DNA of 64,000 nucleotides from the NCBI GenBank assembly GCA_012295275.1, contig CM022672.1, positions 9,858,001 to 9,922,000 of the forward strand, in the 5' to 3' direction. Below, in pieces: positions 54,870-64,000 of the stretch. Source of the DNA: Chrysomallon squamiferum. Its lineage: Eukaryota > Animalia > Mollusca. The notes under the pieces were generated by a model. It was not told the origin of the DNA. It ran no database searches and saw only the letters and a program-made list of their open reading frames with translations. The stretch's first letter is position 1. The number at the start of each line of letters is the position of its first letter. Both the position numbers and the translations under genes were made by a program.

Positions 54870-55950
54870 TTTAATTCATGAACGTCCGTTTCTGACAGTC
54901 ACCGACAAATTTACAGCTGATTACACGAGTTATTTCCCTTCGAAATAAATCGCCAATTGTGTCTCATGCCACAGTTAATAACTTTAGCAAATATACCAGA
55001 TTACAACGATAATTACAACAAAATAAATAATGATATCAATATATGGGATTATTATTTAAAATAAATTAATAAACAAAATTTTGAATGTTTTTATTTATTT
55101 ATTTGTTTTATTTCTATACGTTATTTAATATTATTTCTATTTATTTGATTATCGTTCTTTAATTGTATTTTGTTTTATTTATTTATCTGTCTATTAACAT
55201 ACTTGCCCAAGTCTATCACATCACAAATAAAATGTTAACTTAGAAATTTAAGTAAAAGGCATTTAAGATGTTTGCAAATATCACGAAAAATGCACAAGAA
55301 GCTAATAGTAACCTTAAAATAATGTGAAAAGTCAGTCTGCTACGATCCTTCTAAAACACTGTCAGTGATTTTGTACTTTTATTTAAAGTTTCGAGTTAGT
55401 ATTTCAGTTTGGTATCAAAATATATGCAGTGATTTTTGAAAGGAAAATAATTTATGAAATTGGCATTCTGTCATACTTGGCATCATTTTTTTCTCATAAT
55501 TTGATCCACATTCCTTTAGTGAACTGTCTAAATTTTAATTACATTTATTTATTTATTTATTTATTTCAGAAGAAAAACTACAACATTGGCTTTCTTTTGG
55601 GCTGACTCCACTAAATGTAACTCAGTTATTTTTATAATAGGTTACGACACAAATGAATTTGCTTTTGCAGCTTATTTTTTACTTGGAATAAATAAGTTAC
55701 TCATGTAATTATCGCTTTTGTATGACTTGACTAATATGAAACAGCAAAAGGGAGGCAACTGCACATTAAAATGTAATATCCAATATTATAACGTTTTCTC
55801 ATACACATGAAATTGCGAATTTTGATTGAAGTGTTCAAAAGACAGTTAGATAATAACTTAATTATCAGTTATTGATTTTTGTGTTATTATTTTGTTTCCA
55901 ATCCTGGTCGCCTTTTTGTATACAGCAAAGCCACAAAGACCTTACTTTTT

Positions 55951-57069
<1,119 letters not shown>

Positions 57070-57398
57070 TGTTGTTATATTTATTATTACTATTATTATT
57101 TAAACAAACTGATCATTAGTGAGAACGTCTGATAATAACTGCCACTTTATCATGAATTTATGTTAATGGGTTTAATGTTGCAAAATTATATTCATTCGTT
57201 TACGCAGATTTGGTGTGAACGTTTATTTTGAAGTAGTTGATCTGTAAATATGAGAAATACTCGGTTTGGCTGTTGAGTTATACATTTGTGTGTGGGTGGG
57301 TCACAAGTCAGATTTTGTTTATGTTTTTATACTTTATTATTTAAGACTGGCGAATGACAATAAAGAAAACGATAGTTTTAAAGCTGCAAAATGTATTT

Positions 57399-58334
57399 GG
57401 GTCATTCCGTGTCAAATCACCCAATGGTTTAAACCCGACCGTCTCAGATTTTTATAAAACTTGGTATACTTGTTGACTGGGATCCCACAGCACCAAATCT
57501 GAAATGTTAGCCCAATCAGACCAGTGGTGTGGGAGATATGGCCCACCGAATTTTGAGATTTTTGCCAAAAATGGGTGTGACCACCAACCTTAGAACCCTT
57601 ATATCTCAGGAACTACTGGGCCAATCTTCATGAAATTGGTATTGTTAGAAAGGCAAAATGACAAGGATTCCAAATCTGCCAGTTTGGAAAATATTGGAGT
57701 ACCTTGACCTTTTGACCTTTGCTATGACCTTGAAATTGACCGTGTGGATCACGTGATCTTGAGATGACCTTTATTGAAATTTAATCACATGTTAATGGCT
57801 GAAAACATATAAAAGTTTCATGTATGTAATATTTTTTGTTTAGCCATAATATAGATTTAAAAAATGCACATACATGAAAATAATACCTTTTTTAGCCATT
57901 AACATCTGATTAACTTTCAATGAATGATCAATTCTGGATGCTAGAATCACCGTCTCTCTTGGTCATAGCAAAGGTCAAAAGGTCAAGGTCATAGCAAAGG
58001 TCAAAAGGTCAAGGTACTCCAATATTTTCCAAACTAAACAAAAATGGCAGATTTGGAATCCTTGTCATTTTGCCTTTCTAACAATACCAATTTTATGAAG
58101 ATTGGCCCAGTAGTTCCTGAGATATAAGGGTTCTAAGGTTGGTGGTCACACCCATTTTTGGCAAAAATCTCAAAATTCGGTGGGCCATATCTCCCACATC
58201 ACTGGTCTGATTGGGCTAACATTTCAGATTTTGCTATGGGATCCCAGTCAACAAGTATACCAAGTTTTATAAAAATCTGAGACGGTCGGGTTTAAATTTC
58301 TTTTTTGGGGGGGTGATTTGACACAGAATGACCC
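57399..58334. mobile_element. Non-autonomous DNA transposon with very long terminal inverted repeats, Sola2-like
   Basis: Begins GGGTCATTCCGTGTCAAATCACCC and ends GGGTGATTTGACACAGAATGACCC. The arms ~57399-57733 and ~57983-58334 are near-perfect reverse complements. Flanked by the 4-bp direct repeat ATTT (57395-57398 and 58335-58338). GRG...CYC termini, a 4-bp TSD and long TIRs are Sola2 properties. No transposase ORF. Confidence 0.85.
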
Positions 58335-58487
58335 ATTTAGACTATTTGTTCACATCATTAAAGTGCACTTTGTCATTAAAGAGCAATGCATTAATTTATT
58401 CAGTTCTATTAATATAATTTTTTTTTAAATTTCAGACCTGAAAATTATTTTATTGGATAGTTTTATTCTAAGGCAGACCAGTGGACT

Positions 58488-58515
58488 ATGGATGAGGAAA
58501 CAGAGGAAAACATGG
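58488..58515 (+). CDS. SACS: Sacsin-like: probable first coding exon
   Basis: MDEETEENM+G then a GTATGA donor; acceptor tttcag ends at 58435; phase 1 matches the next exon. Short and not homology-anchored. Confidence 0.6.
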
Positions 58516-58762
58516 GTATGATCAATTTTACTGGTTTGAGAAAAATACAATTTGTTCAAAGACAGAATTTCATAAAATACAATACGTCAGTAATTAAAAA
58601 AGAAAAAAGAAAAAAAAAAGATATATATATATCACATGCACCAATTTAGAGCAAGCAATGAAACACATCAGCAATAATAATTCTTTTTTTGAAATGCATA
58701 CGTTCTATAATTGTTTTTCTATTTGCAATCTTATTTTATTTTTAATTTTTTATTCTTTTCAC

Positions 58763-58799
<37 letters not shown>

Positions 58800-58886
58800 T
58801 TCTGGTCAGTTTCATTCAAGGATTTATTATCTCAACTTTTATTGCCTCAACATTATCATACTTAATAAAATGCCTCCCATTACAGA

Positions 58887-58927
<41 letters not shown>

Positions 58928-59642
58928 GATTATTATTATTATTATCTGCTATAACAGGATCCACAGTTTTGGTGGCTGGGCTTGGATCTATGAAACAGCC
59001 AAGTCTAATAAAGCAGCTGAAATCTATACTGGACCAGTATCCAAAAGGTCAAATGTTGAAGGTGAGATAATATCTAGACTTTTATTATATTGTCAGTTTA
59101 AGAAGAAAAAAAATATTATAAAATAAAATAAAATGAAAATTTATAATAATAAAAATAAAAACAATTTGTGAATATTTATTAAAACTGAGATTTAAATTTT
59201 ATTACAATTCTTTTTATTTTTGTTTTATTTTTATGTTGTAAAATATTTTCTCTACTTTATATGAATTTATTCAGATATATTTTAGTAGATAATAAGATAT
59301 GCATAGGTAGACTCTTTTAATGGCTGGTGTAACTAACTAGATAAGAAATTATATCAGCTCAATAAACATATCCCAAAAAGCAGTTCATTATCACAAATCT
59401 GAAATGGTATGCCATCCGTAAACATAAAGTTTAAATCTAATTTAATTGTTTTCAATATTATTAATGCTTCTTTTCATTTAATTAATTATTATTATTATTA
59501 TAACAATATTGATTACATTAAATCTTAAATATAATAACATCCATAAACAGTATTACATAAATATATAATTATTCAGCAAACGAAAAGCATAAGTTTTACT
59601 TTGATTAATCTTATTATTATTGTATCATTATTATTATTATTG

Positions 59643-59689
<47 letters not shown>

Positions 59690-62600
59690 GCAGGAGATGA
59701 TTCAAAATGCTGAAGATGCTGGGGCAAGTGAGGTAAAAGTGTTGTTTGATCACAGACAGTGTAACAGTGAGACAGAGTTATCAAAAGTCGAATATCCATC
59801 TCATCTGAAAGCTTTACAGGTAGAAAATACACAAAAACAAATTTAGTTAATATTTTTTTATTTAAGATCAATTTTGACATTTTTCAATCGAATAGATTAT
59901 TATTTGCCGCTTTTTCTTGTACAATGGTGAACAAATATGAAATCCACTCCATGGATTACTTTTTTGTTTTTTGATTAGCAATCAGGACATCTTAATGAGC
60001 GGCTTACTATAACAGTCACTGGCGGGACCAATGAACAAAGGAATTTTACAAATGATCAGGACTGAAAGTTGAAGAAATTGTGCTTCAAAATTCTCTTAAA
60101 ACTAAAGCATAATTTTGATTTTTATCGGTTAGAACTTACTATGAATAACGTGAACATCCTATCGCATTTAGAAATTCAGTAACTGAATATATTTAGAGTC
60201 ATAAGTAAAACTGAAATGAAACAGGTATTTATAATGTTAAGATAATTATTCATTTCACTTCAGGGTCCTGGTTTGTGCATTTTTAACGATGCCAGCTTTA
60301 CGGAAAGTGATTGGAATGGAATTCGAATGATTCAGTGCAGCAATAAAGAAGAAAATCGTCTCAAAGTCGGACGTTATGGACTGGGGTTCAAATCGGCGTT
60401 TCACTTAACAGGTATCCAGTATTTCAAACTAACACATTTATAAAATGTTAGTAATAAAATAATCACACGAAAACCCTATATTTTATTAACGTAAATTTAA
60501 AGTTCCATAACCCACGTTAATTTATTTGATTATTTGTTTCGCTAAATACATTTGAATTTTCTCTTTTCTAGATTGGCTCTGTGTTTTAAGTGGAAAATGG
60601 ATTCTTTTCATTAATCCCCACGAACCAAAAGATCAAGTATGTTTGCTGATAGAAATTTCAGACTTGAATGAGATATCAAAACACGCTGTGCTGTCAGTAT
60701 TTGGAGACACATTTGATTTCTCAGAAACTTGTCTTCAGAATGGATCCTATAATGGAACCTTGTTTTGGTTTCCATTACGACAGACACCGTCTAAACTTTC
60801 AGAGGAGATCTACTCAGAAAAAGAAGTACAGGAAATATTCAGCACCTTCACTGCAGAAGCTGAAAGTACTCTTCTTTTCCTTAAATCACTGGAGAAAATC
60901 TCTCTTTTTAAAAGAAAAGATTCTGAGATTCAGCAAGTTTTCACAGTTCAGATAGGACGACCTTTCTTGGAGTCTATGAGACAAGAAAGAAATCGCTTTA
61001 AGTTGAATCTTAGAGAGACGGGTGATGGTCTGCGTTCGGAATCCTGCCACAGTGCAATCCACATTTCAATAGAAAGCACAGAAATGGTATCCACAGAAAG
61101 CTTTCGTTCAACAACTCGTGAATGGATTGTTGTACACTTCTACAAAGGAGGACCCACGTCAGATCGGCTTGCTCATCTTTGCGCTGACAAAGAACTTTCT
61201 TATTCACCTTACGTTGGCATCGCTTACCCTCTAACAAACACTCTCCAAAGCACGGGACACATCTTTTGTTTCCTGCCATTACCTTTTAGCGAAGAAAACA
61301 GTACTGGGCTGCCTGTGCATGTCAATGGATTTTTTGCTTTGACTCCTGATCGCCGATCAGTGAAATGGTCTCGTGGTGGAGATAAACAAGAAAAATGGAA
61401 TCATTCTCTGATTTCAGAGGTCATTCCTGATGCCTATGTTGTCTTGGTGGATAAGCTGAAAGCACTGTGTGAAGAAAGAAACAATTGTTCTGATTCTATT
61501 AGCATCTTTTATGGATCTTTCCCTGATCAGTCAAAGGTTGTTGGCATGTGGAAAACACTTTTAAAACCATTCTTCAAGCAGTTATCTGAAAAGAATATTT
61601 TTTTCAGTAAGGTCGATAGTGGAAAGTGGCTCCGTAAACAAGATATTATTCTGGCTGTTTATGAAGATGACATTGAACAGTCTGTGTGCGAGACTGTCAC
61701 AAAGACGTATCTGGAGTACCAGCAAAATATCGTGCAGCTACCAGACCATATTATGGATACGAAAACTACAAAGGTCTCTCCAGAAGGTTTATGCAGCCTA
61801 CTGAATAAATCCGAAATATACGAAAGCTACACATTTACTGAACGAATCAATCTTTTGAAATATGTTCTGTTGTCTCCTTCTTATGCCAGTCTTAAAGGAT
61901 TATCTTTGATTCCTTTGGTTGATGGAACATTTCAGAAATTTTCTGCAGAGGATGTTTACTTCTGTCCAGGAAATGACCAGTTATTCCCTGGCCTTGAATC
62001 CTGCTTGGTTAATGAAAGCATTGACAGGTCTATCCTACAACAGTTTGCTACAATGGCTGACAAAGGTATGTTCATGGATTTCACTGCATTATAGAAGAGT
62101 CATTTATATGCAATGTTTTATACAGAAATAGAAACAAAACCTCATTTGTGTATCTGTCTGATATTATTGAAGATAAGTTTAGCATTCTGAACTTTTATGA
62201 TATAGTCATTTTTACAGCTATTCATAAATATTTCTTTCATTTTTCCAGGCTATCATAAAGTGAGAAAACTAACACCTGAAACCTTTACTGAACTCGTGAA
62301 GAAATGTTTCAGTCAAAATTTTAGGACAAAGGATAAGGTAATCATCCTACAGCGATCTTCTACTAGACTGGGAGAGAAATGGCTAAATCGTTTATGGTCA
62401 TTTGCTCAAGAACTCAAAATGGACTTAAAGACCAAATTACCTGATTTGCCTCTTGTACCTGAATACAGTGAAGATAAAATAAATCTACATTCTTTGAACA
62501 ACAAATTCATTGTACAATCTTACGAAGGATTTGACAGCCTATCAGACGAAATTTCTTCTGGTTTAAGGGAGCTAGGAGTTATTGTTTTGCCATCAGTTCC

Positions 62601-64000
62601 TAAGTACGTTCAAACTTTATTACCTGTTGGCAGCATCATTCGGTTTCCTAGTCAGTCAGGAGTTCTTAAAAGTTTAAGCAAAATATCACAGGACAACATA
62701 GATAACTTCAATAAAACAGCCGACGAAATTACCAGAAATGTCTTTTTAGAGTACTTAGCTTCGTGCAAACAAATATTACCGGAAGCCAAAGAAACATTTA
62801 AAAATTGAAATTATTCAGAAATACCGCATCGTCAGTAAGAAATGTGGCCATACTTGACTTGAACCAGATAGCACCAGTTGAAGAAATTCCCGTTGCTTAT
62901 CCATCAGTTTATTTGTACGGTCAGTGCCCTGCAACTCGTCACTTGGCAAAGGAGTTGGGAGCTGAAGAAGTTTCAATAAAACAAATAATTTGTAAAGTGC
63001 TGGATGTCATAATTAACGATAATAAAAGAAAACAGTACAATGATAGAGAAGTCGAAAAGTTTATGAGATTCCTTTTAGAAAACAGTCACCCGTATCTGAC
63101 AGATGACAGGGTGAAACAAAGAGCAAGTCAGATTCAGTTTCTGCCTTCTGAAGGAGAAGTCAGACTGCATAAAGCAAAAGAATTATTTGATCCAAGAAGT
63201 TCTTCATTACAAGACTTGTTTCATGGTGAGAACAAATTTCCAAGTCAAGATTTCTCTGAGACAAGTTTACTCGATGGGTTACGAAAACTTGGACTGAAAG
63301 GAGAAAAAGATGTTGCTTTATCAGATATTTGTGAATCAGCATCAGTAACTGAGTCCAAGTTCCAGAAGGAGCATGTATGTGTAAAGATGATCCAGAAAGG
63401 AAAAGCTATGTTGAATTTTCTGAGAAACTTCAGCAGCGTTGACATCAAAGTCACAAAACTTTCATCTCAGCTCTGGCTGCCAGTGCTGGTGAGCAGACCT
63501 CCAACCTACCCAGAACATCTTCCTTTTGCTGGCTCAGGTGAATATTACATAGGCAGGCCAAAGGAAATGCATAACTTCACTCACCTGACATTGGTTGGAT
63601 CTGTCAAAATGGTTTCTGTTGAAACACTCCCTGATATGATGGAATCTTTGGTTGACGCTCCGTCTGAAGATGTGGTTCTCAAACACTTAAAGAATATAAC
63701 TGACACTTACACTGCAGATGAACATCGATTGTACATGAATCAACTTGATCAAATATACAAATATTTCAGTGAGATAGAAGTTTCAGGAAAAGCAATGACC
63801 TTACTGGCAACAATGAAATCTGTTTGGGCTGGCGAAGATACAGAGTTTGTTAAACCAAATAGAATTGTTATAAACCATACACTGTCAGACCTTAATTTAG
63901 TTCCATACCGATATCCTCTGCCTAATTCTTTGAAAAACTATAGTCGTTTGTTTCTACAGATTGGTGCCTCAGAATACCAGTCTTCAGAAATGCTTTATGA
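58488..64000 (+). CDS. SACS: Sacsin-like protein (HSP90/GHKL-like sacsin repeat region), 5' part, runs off the window end; apparent 1-nt frameshift at ~62800-62805
   Basis: GT-AG exons join in frame: 58488-58515, 58958-59061, 59694-59819, 60264-60411, 60572-62065, 62249 to the window end. Product contains QPSLIKQLKSILDQYP..KEMIQNAEDAGASEV..QGPGLCIFNDASFTESDWNGI..KVGRYGLGFKSAFHLTD..GTLFWFPLR..LLFLKSLEKI..GHIFCFLPLP..TGLPVHVNGFFAL..DRR..WN..ELFDP. These are sacsin SRR1 hallmarks. It may be a paralogue rather than a 1:1 SACS orthologue. Confidence 0.9.
58958..59061 (+). CDS. SACS: Sacsin-like coding exon 2
   Basis: (G)STVLVAGLGSMKQPSLIKQLKSILDQYPKGQMLK then an AAG|GTGAGA donor. Confidence 0.85.
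59694..59819 (+). CDS. SACS: Sacsin-like coding exon 3
   Basis: EMIQNAEDAGASEVKVLFDHR..LKALQ; GHKL motif I (ExxQNAxDA). Confidence 0.9.
60264..60411 (+). CDS. SACS: Sacsin-like coding exon 4
   Basis: GPGLCIFNDASFTESDWNGIRMIQCSNKEENRLKVGRYGLGFKSAFHLT; GHKL glycine-rich motif. Confidence 0.9.
60572..62065 (+). CDS. SACS: Sacsin-like coding exon 5
   Basis: Contains track ORF 60643-62094; acceptor ttttctag ends at 60571 and donor AAG|GTATGT starts at 62066. Confidence 0.9.
62249..64000 (+). CDS. SACS: Sacsin-like coding exon 6 (large, frameshifted at ~62800, open to the window end)
   Basis: The incoming frame stops at TGA 62806-62808. The -1 frame from 62805 (LKLFRNT..LHKAKELFDPRSSSLQDLFHGENKFP..LRKLGLK..WLPV..RPPTYP..LVPYRYPLP) is open for ~398 codons to position 64000. 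Confidence 0.85.

Noticed and set aside
62795-62810. Programmed -1 ribosomal frameshift at TTTAAAA
   Set aside because: The heptamer would need to be read T TTA AAA, but the incoming frame is TTT AAA AAT. I saw no obvious downstream stimulatory structure.

Overview
Eukaryotic, very AT-rich, microsatellite-dense animal DNA, most likely from a gastropod mollusc (inferred from receptor similarity and repeat types recalled from memory). Four protein-coding loci are supported. (1) An intronless-CDS aminergic class A GPCR resembling Lymnaea octopamine receptor OA2 (12380-14086, +). (2) A highly degenerate aminergic-like GPCR with a Q/N-rich heptad-repeat third intracellular loop (37143-39140, +). 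(3) The first nine coding exons of a SAC2/INPP5F phosphoinositide phosphatase (54869 down to 46344, -); I could not find its remaining exons in the 46 kb to the left, so both GPCRs may be nested antisense in one giant intron. (4) A sacsin-like gene (58488 to beyond 64000, +) transcribed divergently from INPP5F, with a one-base frameshift at ~62800. The INPP5F-sacsin intergenic region holds a duplicated ~100-bp module with clustered STAT (GAS)- and IRF-type motifs and a 936-bp near-palindromic Sola2-like DNA transposon with an ATTT target-site duplication. The rest is minisatellites, microsatellites and decayed SINE/LINE/MITE remnants. No tRNA, rRNA or CRISPR features were seen. All family assignments come from reading and translating by eye; no database search was run.
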